Program-made: the position numbers and the translations under genes | DNA from: Candidatus Bathyarchaeia archaeon | Lineage (GTDB): Archaea > Thermoproteota > CALKCG01 > B24 | Direction: 5' to 3' | Assembly (NCBI GenBank): GCA_038870975.1 | Contig: JAVZJD010000001.1 | Coordinates: forward strand, 768,001 to 832,000 | DNA length: 64,000 nucleotides | Notes under the pieces: generated by a model | Seen by the model: only the letters and a program-made list of their open reading frames with translations | Told to the model about the DNA's origin: nothing | Databases searched by the model: none | Shown here: positions 48,469 through 58,749 of the stretch, piece by piece | How positions within the stretch are numbered: the stretch's first letter is position 1 | Layout: each line of letters begins with the position of its first letter

Positions 48469-49133
48469 CCCCTATTAAACACCTCCACGCAATCGAACTG
48501 CTTCAACCAGCTTCCTTCTTCAACTTAAGGCTCATACATAAAGTTAAATATTAGCCACTAGTGAATCCTCCTGATTCAACCCTTACGTACATTAAATTAT
48601 CGGCTTAACCGAGGGATTTTTACGGCTTCTAAACTCCCCAGTCTATTGATAAGACTTTTTAACTACGTAGCTTATGCCACTATTACACTAAGTATCGACT
48701 CTTCTGAATATAACAACCGAGGAATATTGAGTATTAACTTAAACAACAAGCGTGTGAACAATTAGGCAACCCATCTTCTAGATAAACATATCAGATGAAG
48801 TCATCTTAGAGTCGGAGGAGGCCTTCAACCCTAAAGGGAAAAATCGGAGAAACGTAAGGCTAGAAGGGGTCTACTCGAAAATACATATAAATTTCATTGA
48901 AATTCGATGGAGGAAATACGCATCTTATAGGAATATTCCCCTTTTAAGCATAACCTATACAGTGAGGAATTTATGAAAACATCAAATATTCACAGCGGAC
49001 ATTTAGAGGATAAAAGTAACTGCTCGTCATTCAAACTCGCATCGTCGGATCTGCTGTTCAATAGATGCAAGTGGAAGTAAACATTTAAAGTTAAATGCTG
49101 GCTTTCTCCATTTAGCTTGTTGGGGGAATATTC

Positions 49134-49925
49134 ATGAAGATCTGCATAGCTGGCAAGGGAGGCGTAGGTAAAACATTTGTCGCGGGTACACTCGCTAGAC
49201 TTTTCGCTAGAGGTGGTTTTGATGTTTTAGCCGTTGATGCGGACCCAAATCCAAACTTAGCATTATCACTGGGGATACCTGCTTCAGATGCGTTTAAAAT
49301 AACTCCTCTTCTGCGAGATTCAAGATTGATAGAGGAGCGGACGGGTGTAGCCCCCGGTTCTGGATGGAGTGTGATATTTAATATTGCCCCCGACGTTAGA
49401 GACATAGTTGATAGGTTTTCGATAAGAGGCCCAGACGGTGTTAAACTTCTCGTAGTCGGCTCCATCGACTACGGCGGTGCTGGATGCTTCTGTCCTGAGA
49501 CCGCTTTTCTGAAGACTCTCCTAGCCTACATAATGGCTAGGAGGCGGGAGGTTGTTCTAGTCGATCTGCAGGCTGGTCCAGAACCTTTTGGAAGAGGCGT
49601 TGCAAAACACGTAGATGCTATAGTAGTGGTTACAGACCAGTCTCTCAAATCTATGGAAACTGCTAAGCGGATTTTCCGCCTTTCCAAGGGTTTAAACGTT
49701 AGTAGAATAATGGCTGTCGTCAATAGGGTTACCAACCTCTCAGATGCCCCAATATCTACACTGGAGGAGATTGGCTTTGAAGTATTGGGTGTTATACCTT
49801 TCGATGAGTCTGTAGTCGAAGCAGATGAAAAAGGGTTGGCTCTTATAGATTATAAAGCAGACTCTAAAGCCCTTGAAGCAGTTAGAAAAATCTACAGTAG
49901 ACTTTCGTCTCTTTCCAAGGAGTAA
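49134..49925 (+). CDS. cooC: CooC/AcsF-type Ni-insertion ATPase
   Basis: GKGGVGKT, DADP..NL, GCFCP, D..AG.E.FGRG. Confidence 0.88.
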   Translation: MKICIAGKGGVGKTFVAGTLARLFARGGFDVLAVDADPNPNLALSLGIPASDAFKITPLLRDSRLIEERTGVAPGSGWSVIFNIAPDVRDIVDRFSIRGPDGVKLLVVGSIDYGGAGCFCPETAFLKTLLAYIMARRREVVLVDLQAGPEPFGRGVAKHVDAIVVVTDQSLKSMETAKRIFRLSKGLNVSRIMAVVNRVTNLSDAPISTLEEIGFEVLGVIPFDESVVEADEKGLALIDYKADSKALEAVRKIYSRLSSLSKE

Positions 49926-49931
49926 TTAGGC

Positions 49932-50465
49932 TTAGACTTTAAGCTTATTTACCAGGTCTTCTAAGAACCGCTCCCATTCATCAATATTCATGTTTCTGAG
50001 GCTCCAAGAAGCATTCGGCTGGTAGAACCTGTCTAGGCTTATAGTTTTAACGGATTGAGCGAAGTTTTTAAGCCCCGTCAATATCAGCCACGCCATGTAA
50101 TATGGGAGGCCTACAACCACTAATGTTTTATAAGCTCCCTTTCCATCTAAACCCATCCACTCCGGGTCTGAAGCTTTATTCGCTACCTCTACCGGCGAAA
50201 TCCAAGCGGTATTCAACAGTCTACTCTTAATTTTAACGTAAACCGTAGAAGAAGTGGCAATATGCGCATCTACAGCTTCAGCTACGTCTACTATATAGTC
50301 TAGAAGAGAACGTTTAGAAAGGACCGTTGAAATTCCATCGCCACATACCATTAGTATTCTCCCACCCTGTTTGAGGAGTTCTGCTGCAAGCTCAGGCTTC
50401 TCAATTATTGTTGCTCTCCTAGTGCCTGGGACTTCAGCCTTCATCCAAGGCTCGCTACGCCACAA
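49932..50465 (-). CDS. cdhB: CODH/ACS complex epsilon subunit
   Basis: PW..AEVPG, DP.W.GLDG.G.Y, G.PYY, LK.FA, YQPNA.WS; probable TTG start at 50465 right after cdhA. Confidence 0.9.
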   Translation of the reverse strand: MWRSEPWMKAEVPGTRRATIIEKPELAAELLKQGGRILMVCGDGISTVLSKRSLLDYIVDVAEAVDAHIATSSTVYVKIKSRLLNTAWISPVEVANKASDPEWMGLDGKGAYKTLVVVGLPYYMAWLILTGLKNFAQSVKTISLDRFYQPNASWSLRNMNIDEWERFLEDLVNKLKV

Positions 50466-50467
50466 AG

Positions 50468-52819
50468 CTATTCCCTCCTCCTGATGAGCCTGGGCAGTAA
50501 AGTCGGGTCTGGTATTGTCTTCTCTTTCCAACCCTTCTCCTTTAGAAGGGCTAGTATCTCATCTTTCATCGTTATGGGTATGTCGGCGGGGGTTCTAACG
50601 AAGAGGTGTACATCTTCTGGAAGTGTATTGTAGAACTTCTTGTACAAGTCTACATAGTGTGAAAGCTTTATGGCTCTACCCTTAGTAGTGTCATTCGGCC
50701 TCATACACAGCTTCGCTATCATAACAATGGCCTCCTCCTTCCTCTCAGCCATGTAGAATAGGTGTTCAGGAGCTGGTCCACAGTAGACTCTCTCTCCTGT
50801 TCTAGCGTTGTAGACAAACCAGTCCTCCTCTCTATCGGCACGTCCTAGTAGAGCCCTCCTATACTTAGAACCATGCGGTCCAACTATGACCGGGACTCCA
50901 AGCCTCCAAAAGCCTGAAGCTATTGATGCCGCCTTCTGGCTCATGGCGCCCCAAGCAACTCCAACGGCTCCAACTCTATTAAGTACGTAGTCCGCAATTT
51001 CTTCGTAATTCGCTCTCAATGGCCTTCTCGCGAATATGTTCGCTATTTTAATGGCGGCACCAGCTATGTGCGCGTTTGATATGCATGAGCCTACGTTTAC
51101 AACCCCCCCTGCGTCAAAGCCTCCTGGGAATCTCTCGTAGAGCGTCTTCCCCTCTTCGTCCTTATACATGCCTAGTGTCATAGCGGCACATCCAGATGCG
51201 AGTATTATGTAGCGTCTCTTGGCAAATTCTTCAGCCATTTCGTAGACTTCTCTCCCGCCGTATGCGTAGTTTGCGCATCCCACGAATGCTATAACGCCCG
51301 GTATTTCGCCAAAAACAATTGGTCCACCTACGGCTCTTATCTCAGTATCTTTTATAGCCCCTCTTCCGCTTCTTATCTTATAAGTCTCCCTCTCAAACAC
51401 GTCGTCAGCCCAAACTATCATACTGTGTATTGGAAGCTTCGCCCTACATACGCCCTCACACTTTACACATCCAATACATTGTTCATAGAGACTACTCAGC
51501 ATCGATAGGTCTCCTTTAGCCGCGGCAGTCATAGCATCCATTATGGGGAGGTTGTTTGGACACGTCCTCACACACTCCATACATTTGATGCATCGTTTAG
51601 CGTACTCTACTATGGCTTCTCTGGAAACGGGCTTCTCCTTATACTGCTTTCTCTTCGGAGCTAAAGCAATAGCAGCTTTAACAGCCACTTCTCCAACCTT
51701 CTCCGCGTCGAAAATTAAAACCCCATCCTCCCTTCCTTCAACCAAGTCTTTCACGATTTCATCTACAGGGTCTTCCGTACGGTCCCTCAAACCTTGACAG
51801 TTCTTCTCACTCGTAGCTATGAAGACAGCGTTCACTTTCCTAGCTTCATCTATTAAATTCGTCTTTATACACTGTTCATCGACAACGACAACATCAGGCA
51901 GTCCCGACCTTATATAGCGAACCTGCCAGGAGATTGGTCCGATTATCTTCGCTCTAGGATTGTATCTTGTAGCGTCATGTGCAGTGCAGCATAGGCCTGT
52001 AACTTCAACTTGTCCCAATAAACCACTTTCAATAAGGTAGTCGATTATACCTGCTGCAGATGGGACATTATGCCCTACGACCATTATAACTGGTTTAGAT
52101 TTATCAACGGTGCCGAATCCTAAGTCGACCAATGGGGCGTCTGGGTCTGACTTCGGGAAACCCATGACGGATATTTGCGCTATATCTGCTACTTCCATGG
52201 CTAGATGGTCCAGCATACCCGTATGGAGGACTTTAGATTCAAAATCTAGCGCATTACCCTCTTGACCAGTATGCGTAGAGGCAAGTAAGTGTATCAGCTG
52301 GTTATCCACATAGCTGAGCACGTCTTCAAGGTCTCTCAAAGTTCTAGGCCTTATACCTGTAACAAGTCTAGTTATAGGCGCTTCAACGCCGACCCCTTCG
52401 CCTAAGTCTATCGGGCTATCCCTCCCATATCTTTCGATTAAATATTCAACCAAGTGTTTGGCATGGCTCGTGTGGGTTGACGCCCCTATGCAACAGGCGA
52501 GTAGCACTATCCTAGACTGTTGGGCAGCCATATCTAAGCCACATGCCCCGCGTTTACCCATGGATAAGTCACACTTTCCAAAAGTGCATAGGCAGCATAG
52601 CTCGCAGAATGGCATGTAAAACGGTCTATAGCGTTTGAGGAGAATATGGTCCCAACTTCTGAGGTCTCTTATCGAAGGCATCGGTGTTGGACCCATGGGC
52701 TCTTCAAATTCTTCGTAGATTATACGGTCGATGGATATTTCAACATCTCGTAGCACTCCAATTGTAGTAGTAGCTTCTTTTAATCTAACGTAGAGGTCTT
52801 TTTTAACCACTAAGCTCAC
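50468..52819 (-). CDS. cdhA: CODH/ACS complex alpha subunit (CO dehydrogenase)
   Basis: CELCCLCTFGKC, GHN, CCTAHD, DEQC, two ferredoxin motifs, GCAN, SGCA, GSC.SN. Confidence 0.96.
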   Translation of the reverse strand: MSLVVKKDLYVRLKEATTTIGVLRDVEISIDRIIYEEFEEPMGPTPMPSIRDLRSWDHILLKRYRPFYMPFCELCCLCTFGKCDLSMGKRGACGLDMAAQQSRIVLLACCIGASTHTSHAKHLVEYLIERYGRDSPIDLGEGVGVEAPITRLVTGIRPRTLRDLEDVLSYVDNQLIHLLASTHTGQEGNALDFESKVLHTGMLDHLAMEVADIAQISVMGFPKSDPDAPLVDLGFGTVDKSKPVIMVVGHNVPSAAGIIDYLIESGLLGQVEVTGLCCTAHDATRYNPRAKIIGPISWQVRYIRSGLPDVVVVDEQCIKTNLIDEARKVNAVFIATSEKNCQGLRDRTEDPVDEIVKDLVEGREDGVLIFDAEKVGEVAVKAAIALAPKRKQYKEKPVSREAIVEYAKRCIKCMECVRTCPNNLPIMDAMTAAAKGDLSMLSSLYEQCIGCVKCEGVCRAKLPIHSMIVWADDVFERETYKIRSGRGAIKDTEIRAVGGPIVFGEIPGVIAFVGCANYAYGGREVYEMAEEFAKRRYIILASGCAAMTLGMYKDEEGKTLYERFPGGFDAGGVVNVGSCISNAHIAGAAIKIANIFARRPLRANYEEIADYVLNRVGAVGVAWGAMSQKAASIASGFWRLGVPVIVGPHGSKYRRALLGRADREEDWFVYNARTGERVYCGPAPEHLFYMAERKEEAIVMIAKLCMRPNDTTKGRAIKLSHYVDLYKKFYNTLPEDVHLFVRTPADIPITMKDEILALLKEKGWKEKTIPDPTLLPRLIRRRE

Positions 52820-52916
52820 CTTTTTATGAGAAACACCTCAAGTATTTTCAATCTTCAATAAAACTTTATCTTCTTCTAAAAACCATTTATCCTCACGTAG
52901 AAGGAGGTTAGAAGAA

Positions 52917-54341
52917 TTGTCTATGTTTCAAGATATACCAGTTGACGTAGGTATTGCCTACGAAGGGGAGCGGATTAGAAGGGCTGAAATGTACGTTGAA
53001 TTCGGCGGACCAGATATTAAATTTAAATTTGAACTTGCAAGGGTTAGAAGACCTGAAGAGGTTAAAGATGGCGAGATAATCATCGTCGGTCCAGATATTA
53101 AAGATATCCCGGAGGGTAGTAGTGTACCGTTTGGTATACTCGTTGAAGTTGCAGGTAGCCAGCTTGAAGAAGAGCTTGAAGGCATTATAGAGCGTCGTAT
53201 CCACGAGTTCACAAATTACGTGCATGGTTTTATGCATTTAAATCAACGTTACGACATATGGTGTAGGCTTAGTAAGGAGGCTTTTAAGAAAGGGTTTAAC
53301 AGCTTCATCTACCTAGGGAAAGTCTTAATTAGACTCTACAAGGCGGATTTCCCAATAATCGAGAAAATCCAGGTGACATTCATAACAGACCCCAAAGAAG
53401 TTGAACGAATGTATTATGAAGCTCTTAGAATATATGAGGCTAGGGATGCGAAAGCTAGAGGTCTTAAAGATGAAGACGTTGATGAGTTTTACGGGTGTAC
53501 TCTCTGTCAATCTTTCGCTCCAACACATGTATGTGTAATCACTCCGCAAAGATATTCAAACTGTGGAGCCATAAGTTGGTTTGACGGTAGAGCTGCGTCA
53601 AAAGTAGACCCTAAGGGTCCGATATTTAGAATACCTAAAGGTGAATGTTTAGATATGGTAAGAGGAGAGTATTCTGGGGTCGATAAGATTGTACAGGAGA
53701 AATCCCTTGGGGCGATTAAACGCGTTCATCTATACACCGCCTTCGGCTATCCACATACCAGTTGCGGGTGTTTTGAAGCAATAGCCTTCTACATACCGGA
53801 AGTTGATGGATTTGGAATTGTACATAGAGATTTTAAAGGTACGGCTGTAAATGGATTGAAGTTTTCAACTATGGCTGATACGACTGGTGGAGGTAGACAG
53901 GTAGACGGCTTCCACGGGATATCCATAGAATATATGCGTTCTCCTAAGTTTCTCGTGGCGGATGGTGGATGGGAGCGGGTCGTCTGGGTTCCAAAAGCAG
54001 TATATGAAAGGGTTAAAGATTTTGTGCCAGAGAAAGTCAGGGATAAAGTAGCGACAGATGAAGATGTTAAAACTATAGATGAACTTAAGGAGTTTTTAAA
54101 GGCTAAGGGGCATCCAGTAGTCAGTCGGTGGAAGCTGGTAGAGGCTGAGGTTAAACCAGCGGAAGTTAAAGTTGAAGAGACTGCTGGAGTAGCATTGCCT
54201 CAGCAGACGCAAGCTATGGTTTTAGAGGGTGTATCTATTCCTGGTGTTCCTATAACGTCTGGAGGATTTAAGATAACTTTGAAAGGTGCTAGGATAAACA
54301 TTGACAAGGTCATAATTAGACGGAGCAGTTCGACAAGCTAG
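52917..54341 (+). CDS. cdhC: CODH/ACS complex beta subunit (acetyl-CoA synthase)
   Basis: EGERIR, HLNQR, CTLCQSFAPTHVC, CGAISW, HTSCGCFE. Confidence 0.96.
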   Translation: MSMFQDIPVDVGIAYEGERIRRAEMYVEFGGPDIKFKFELARVRRPEEVKDGEIIIVGPDIKDIPEGSSVPFGILVEVAGSQLEEELEGIIERRIHEFTNYVHGFMHLNQRYDIWCRLSKEAFKKGFNSFIYLGKVLIRLYKADFPIIEKIQVTFITDPKEVERMYYEALRIYEARDAKARGLKDEDVDEFYGCTLCQSFAPTHVCVITPQRYSNCGAISWFDGRAASKVDPKGPIFRIPKGECLDMVRGEYSGVDKIVQEKSLGAIKRVHLYTAFGYPHTSCGCFEAIAFYIPEVDGFGIVHRDFKGTAVNGLKFSTMADTTGGGRQVDGFHGISIEYMRSPKFLVADGGWERVVWVPKAVYERVKDFVPEKVRDKVATDEDVKTIDELKEFLKAKGHPVVSRWKLVEAEVKPAEVKVEETAGVALPQQTQAMVLEGVSIPGVPITSGGFKITLKGARINIDKVIIRRSSSTS

Positions 54342-54352
54342 GAGGCGTAGGT

Positions 54353-55585
54353 ATGGGCTCTACTAAAGCCCCTAAGAAGACTTTCGAGGCGATGGTGTTT
54401 GAAGCGCTATCTCAGCTTTTTCAGAACCTTAAAGATGCGGAAATAGAGCTTCAGAACGTTAGCATTGAGGCGGATGAGATAGAATTAGAGCCTGTCGTTA
54501 GAACGGTTTTAGCTCAAATACCTACGGCTAAAATAGCTGAAAAACCCACTGTTAAACGTCTTCCAGAGAAGCTTTTAGAAGCCGAATTCACACCTCCCAT
54601 AAGCGAATACCCCGGCCGCGTGGTAGAGGTTAAAATAGGAGCCACTAAGAGTGAAGGCGGCTCTAGAGGCAAAAGCATCACCATCGGCGGTGAAGTAGCT
54701 CCGGCTTTATACGTATTTGACGGTTTAAACCCCCATCCTCCTGTTGTATCGATCGACATATTCGACGCTAGAATACCTCTAGCTAAAGCCGTTAAAACAG
54801 AAGTTGAAGATGTTTTAAACGACCCTGTTGAATGGGCTAAGAAGGCAGTTCATAAGTTTGAGGCGGAAATCGTCAATTTACACCTTGTAAGTATAGATCC
54901 TCTCCTCAACGATACTCCGCCGACCGAGGCCGCTAAAACTGTTGAAAATGTATTACAGGCTGTTGACGTTCCTATATGCGTCGGCGGTTGTGGCGACCCT
55001 TTGAAAGACTTGAAGGTTTTTGAGAAAGTGTGTGAAGTTGCAGAAGGTGAAAGAATACTGATAAACTCTGTGACTTTAGACATGGATTATAAAAGGCTTG
55101 CAGAAGTCGTTAAGAAGCATGGTCATGCTGTCATAGCGTTCACATCTATGGATATGGATATGGCTAGAGAGCTCAACAGGAAGCTGTATGAAGTGCTTCC
55201 TAGGGAAAGCATAGTTATTGATACTACGACTGCAGCCTTAGGCTACGGGTTAGATTATGCTTTTACAGTTATGGAGAGGACGAGGCTGGCTGCTTTAATG
55301 GGTGATGTTGAACTTCAACATCCGCTATCTTCAGGTACGACTAATGCTTGGGCTGCTAGAGAAGCTTGGATGAAGCTCGACGAGTCTAAATGGGGACCTA
55401 GAGAGCTGAGAGGACCAATCTGGGAGGTTGTAACTGCTCTTACGCTTCTGCTCGCTGGTGTAGACTACTTTATGATGATGCATCCTTTGGCTGTTAAAAC
55501 GACAAAGCGTGTGATTGAGAGGTTTACCAGTGGAGGGATGTTTGATTCGTCTAGGTATCTAAGCTGGGCGTCGTTGGACATTTAA
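54353..55585 (+). CDS. cdhD: CODH/ACS delta subunit (corrinoid Fe-S protein small subunit), copy 1
   Basis: GATKSEGGSR, IGGE, DP..WA, ALGYGLDY, NAWAAREAW, MMMHP. Confidence 0.93.
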   Translation: MGSTKAPKKTFEAMVFEALSQLFQNLKDAEIELQNVSIEADEIELEPVVRTVLAQIPTAKIAEKPTVKRLPEKLLEAEFTPPISEYPGRVVEVKIGATKSEGGSRGKSITIGGEVAPALYVFDGLNPHPPVVSIDIFDARIPLAKAVKTEVEDVLNDPVEWAKKAVHKFEAEIVNLHLVSIDPLLNDTPPTEAAKTVENVLQAVDVPICVGGCGDPLKDLKVFEKVCEVAEGERILINSVTLDMDYKRLAEVVKKHGHAVIAFTSMDMDMARELNRKLYEVLPRESIVIDTTTAALGYGLDYAFTVMERTRLAALMGDVELQHPLSSGTTNAWAAREAWMKLDESKWGPRELRGPIWEVVTALTLLLAGVDYFMMMHPLAVKTTKRVIERFTSGGMFDSSRYLSWASLDI

Positions 55586-55593
55586 TAGCGGAG

Positions 55594-57027
55594 GTGTATG
55601 AGTTGGCTAGAAGTTTAAGCCCACTAGAGGTCTACAATCTCCTACCTAAGACAAACTGTGGGAAGTGTGGTGAAGCTAACTGTCTAAGTTTTGCAACTAG
55701 GCTTGTAAACCTTGAAGTTGAGATTGAAGAATGTCCTCCCTTGGTTGAAGAGGTGAAACACCGGGAGAACTACTTTAAGCTCAAAGACCTCTTGAAGCCT
55801 CCAGTCAAGGAAGTTTTGATAACAAGAGGGGGGAAAGCCGTTAGAATAGGTGGAGAATACGTCCTCTATCGTCACGAGTTCACCTATAGACGTCCAACGG
55901 CTATAGCTATAGACATATCTGACAGTATGACGCCTGAGTCTATAATCGACCGCGTTAAACAGATAGAATCGCTATCCTACCCGTATATCGGTAAAGAGCT
56001 TAAGCTAGACTTAATAGCCGTTAGGTCTGTTACGGGTGATCCTGAGAGTTTCCGTAAAGCTGTTAGAGTGGTATTGGATAATTCAAGCCTTCCCATTGTG
56101 CTCTGCTCGTTAAACCCAGATGTTTTAAAGGCTGGTCTTTCTGAAATGCCTGGTGACAAGCCGCTCATATATGCTGCTACCGTAGACAATTGGAGTCGAA
56201 TGGCTGAACTGGCTTTGGCATACGATTGCCCACTCGTCGTCTCTGCTCCAAATAATCCCGTCGCGCTTAAAAGTCTAGTTAAAACTCTACTCGAATGTGG
56301 CTTGAAAGACTTGGTTTTAGACCCTGGATGTATGGGCGGAGAAGGCCTCTACGATACAATTGTCAACTTCACTATGCTCCGTAAGGCTGTCTTCAGGGCG
56401 AACGATTCCCTCTTGGGTTTCCCTCTTCTAGGGGCTCCAATATCAGTCTGGCTTGAAAAGGGTAGAGCTTTAGATAGGAAGTGGGAGGAGTGCTACCTGG
56501 CGGGTATGCTCATAGTTAGATTTGCAGATGTTCTCATCATGCACAGTTTAGACGGTTGGGTTCTTCTACCGCTGCTAATACTTAGAGACAACATATATAC
56601 AGACCCTAGAAAGCCCGTTTCAGTTAAACCTGGGCTTTACAAGATAGGTACTCCGGATGAGAATAGCCCCGTTATGTTCACATCGAACTTCGCATTGACA
56701 TACTATACGGTTTCTTCAGACATACAGGCGGCTAAAGTAGACGCGTATCTCATAGTTGTCGATACTGAGGGGCTTTCAGTGACCTCAGCTGTAGCTGGAA
56801 GAAAACTCACGGCTGATAAAGTTGCTGAGGCTATTAAAGAGTCTGGTATTGAAAATCAGGTTAAACACAGATACCTCATAATTCCAGGTAGAGCTTCCAA
56901 GCTTAGTGGTGAAATCGAAGAGGCTACTGGTTGGAAGGTTCTAGTAGGACCATTAGACTCTTCAGAAATCCCTAAATTCTTGAGTGAAAACTGGTATGGG
57001 AAGAGACTCTGGGAGGCTGGAAGATAG
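55594..57027 (+). CDS. cdhE: CODH/ACS gamma subunit (corrinoid Fe-S protein large subunit), copy 1
   Basis: LPKTNCGKCG..NC..FA...CP, GGE.V.YRHE, IYTDPRKP, NFALTY, GW.V.VGP.DS. Confidence 0.93.
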   Translation: MYELARSLSPLEVYNLLPKTNCGKCGEANCLSFATRLVNLEVEIEECPPLVEEVKHRENYFKLKDLLKPPVKEVLITRGGKAVRIGGEYVLYRHEFTYRRPTAIAIDISDSMTPESIIDRVKQIESLSYPYIGKELKLDLIAVRSVTGDPESFRKAVRVVLDNSSLPIVLCSLNPDVLKAGLSEMPGDKPLIYAATVDNWSRMAELALAYDCPLVVSAPNNPVALKSLVKTLLECGLKDLVLDPGCMGGEGLYDTIVNFTMLRKAVFRANDSLLGFPLLGAPISVWLEKGRALDRKWEECYLAGMLIVRFADVLIMHSLDGWVLLPLLILRDNIYTDPRKPVSVKPGLYKIGTPDENSPVMFTSNFALTYYTVSSDIQAAKVDAYLIVVDTEGLSVTSAVAGRKLTADKVAEAIKESGIENQVKHRYLIIPGRASKLSGEIEEATGWKVLVGPLDSSEIPKFLSENWYGKRLWEAGR

Positions 57028-57028
57028 A

Positions 57029-57784
57029 GTGATAATTTCAGTAGCAGGTAAAGGTGGGACAGGTAAAACCACTATAGCAGTTTTAATCTTGAAAGCTCTG
57101 ATCGAGGAGACGAGTAAGACAATCCTCTTTGTAGACGCGGATCCGTCTACGAATGCTCCGGTTGTTCTAAGTATGCCTGTTAAGAAGACGGTTGGCGAAG
57201 TAATAGAGGAGTTTAGAAAAACGGTCTTAGATACTACGGAGCTTACCGTCGACAAGAGTAGGATTGTTGAGAAATGGGTTATGGAGGTTCTGATGGAGTC
57301 TCCTAGGTTCGACCTGTTGGCCATGGGTCGGGGTGAAGGAGAGGGGTGTTACTGCTACGTAAACTCTGTTTTAACGTCGATATTAGATAAACTGGCTGGT
57401 AACTATGACGTCGTTATAATGGATATGGAGGCTGGATTGGAGCATATAAGCCGTAGGACGGACAGAGACGTAGACATTATGTTTGTCATAACAGATCCTT
57501 CTAGGATGAGCCTTGAGACGGCTAGGAGGATTAAAGAGCTAATACCGGAGGTGCATGTTGAAATAAGAAGGCTCTATGTTATCGGCAATAAGATTCCGTA
57601 TGAGGAATTTGAAAGCTACGCTAGTAAAGTCGGAGAATTCGACCTACAGCTTATTGGAGTAGTACCTCCAGACCCTGAAATATTAAACTTCAGCGTGAAG
57701 GGTTTATCTCTTCTGAATATACCTGATAATTCCCCTTCCTATGAAGCCGTTAAAAAGATATGTCGTAAAGTCGGGTTAATCTAG
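57029..57784 (+). CDS. CooC/AcsF-type Ni-insertion ATPase (second copy)
   Basis: GKGGTGKT, DADP, EGCYC, DMEAGLEHISR. Confidence 0.88.
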   Translation: MIISVAGKGGTGKTTIAVLILKALIEETSKTILFVDADPSTNAPVVLSMPVKKTVGEVIEEFRKTVLDTTELTVDKSRIVEKWVMEVLMESPRFDLLAMGRGEGEGCYCYVNSVLTSILDKLAGNYDVVIMDMEAGLEHISRRTDRDVDIMFVITDPSRMSLETARRIKELIPEVHVEIRRLYVIGNKIPYEEFESYASKVGEFDLQLIGVVPPDPEILNFSVKGLSLLNIPDNSPSYEAVKKICRKVGLI

Positions 57785-57800
57785 CAAGGAGGCTTCTACA

Positions 57801-58748
57801 CTGTCTCTTCCCCTTCCAATAGAGTCCTATAGAGGTGTTGTTGCAAGAGTGAAAATAGGAGCTACGAAATCCGAAGGAGGCTCGAGAAGTTACTCCACTA
57901 CCGTCGGTGGGGCTGGGACACTACCATTCTATACGTTTGAGGGTTTAAACCCTCCGCCTGTACTAGCGCTTGAAGTATACGACTATTTAGATAGTCCTCC
58001 AGTCGGTGTTATGGAGGCCTTCGGCGACGTAGTGATGAATCCTGTAGAGTGGATTAGGGTTATAGATAAGTTCAACCCAGACGTTATAAATTTAAATGTT
58101 AGGTCTATCTCTCCTTTATCTCTAAATAGGAGTGTTAAACATGCTATACGGTTATTGGAAGAGGCTTTACAGGCTACCAGCCGCCCATTAATGGTTACAG
58201 GTATAATGGACCCGATTCACACGGAAGATATATCTAGAAATAGTGAGTTTTTAAAACTAGCCGCTGAATCTTTCAAGGGCGAAAGGCTTCTCATAGGTCC
58301 TGTAACAGCTGAAGCATATGAGGCTGTTGCTGAAGCCGCTTTAACAAATGGTCATAATCTACTGGCCAAGTCAAATATGGATGTTAACCAAGCCATTAGG
58401 TTAAACGAGCTCCTCTCGGCTAAAGGCTTTTCAACCGACCGTATCGTCGTAGATGTTACGACTGGAGCATTAGGCTATGGAATTGAATACACCCTCTCCA
58501 CTATGGAGAGGCTTAGGCTTAGAGCTTTACAAGGGGATAGAATGGCTGGAAGCCCCATGGTATTCTTTGCCTCTGAAAACGTCTTCATAGCTGAGTTTAA
58601 AGAAACTCCTCTAAACCCTTCAGTCTACGAGGCTGTGGCCGCCGTGGCAGGTTTAATGTCTGGAGCAGACTTAGTGTCGTTATTCTACGTAGAAAGTCTA
58701 CACATGGTTAGGTCGTTTTTAACAGAATTTCCCTGGGGAGGCGGTTGA
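57801..58748 (+). CDS. cdhD: CdhD paralog (copy 2); probable CTG start at 57801
   Basis: Y.G.V..VKIGATKSEGGSR, ALGYGIEY..S.MER.R..AL.GD; shorter than copy 1 and divergent. Confidence 0.8.
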   Translation: MSLPLPIESYRGVVARVKIGATKSEGGSRSYSTTVGGAGTLPFYTFEGLNPPPVLALEVYDYLDSPPVGVMEAFGDVVMNPVEWIRVIDKFNPDVINLNVRSISPLSLNRSVKHAIRLLEEALQATSRPLMVTGIMDPIHTEDISRNSEFLKLAAESFKGERLLIGPVTAEAYEAVAEAALTNGHNLLAKSNMDVNQAIRLNELLSAKGFSTDRIVVDVTTGALGYGIEYTLSTMERLRLRALQGDRMAGSPMVFFASENVFIAEFKETPLNPSVYEAVAAVAGLMSGADLVSLFYVESLHMVRSFLTEFPWGGG

Positions 58749-58749
58749 A

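Noticed and set aside
48470-49130. Long intergenic region as an ncRNA or gene
   Set aside because: No GC-rich structure, repeat array or start-supported ORF could be identified.
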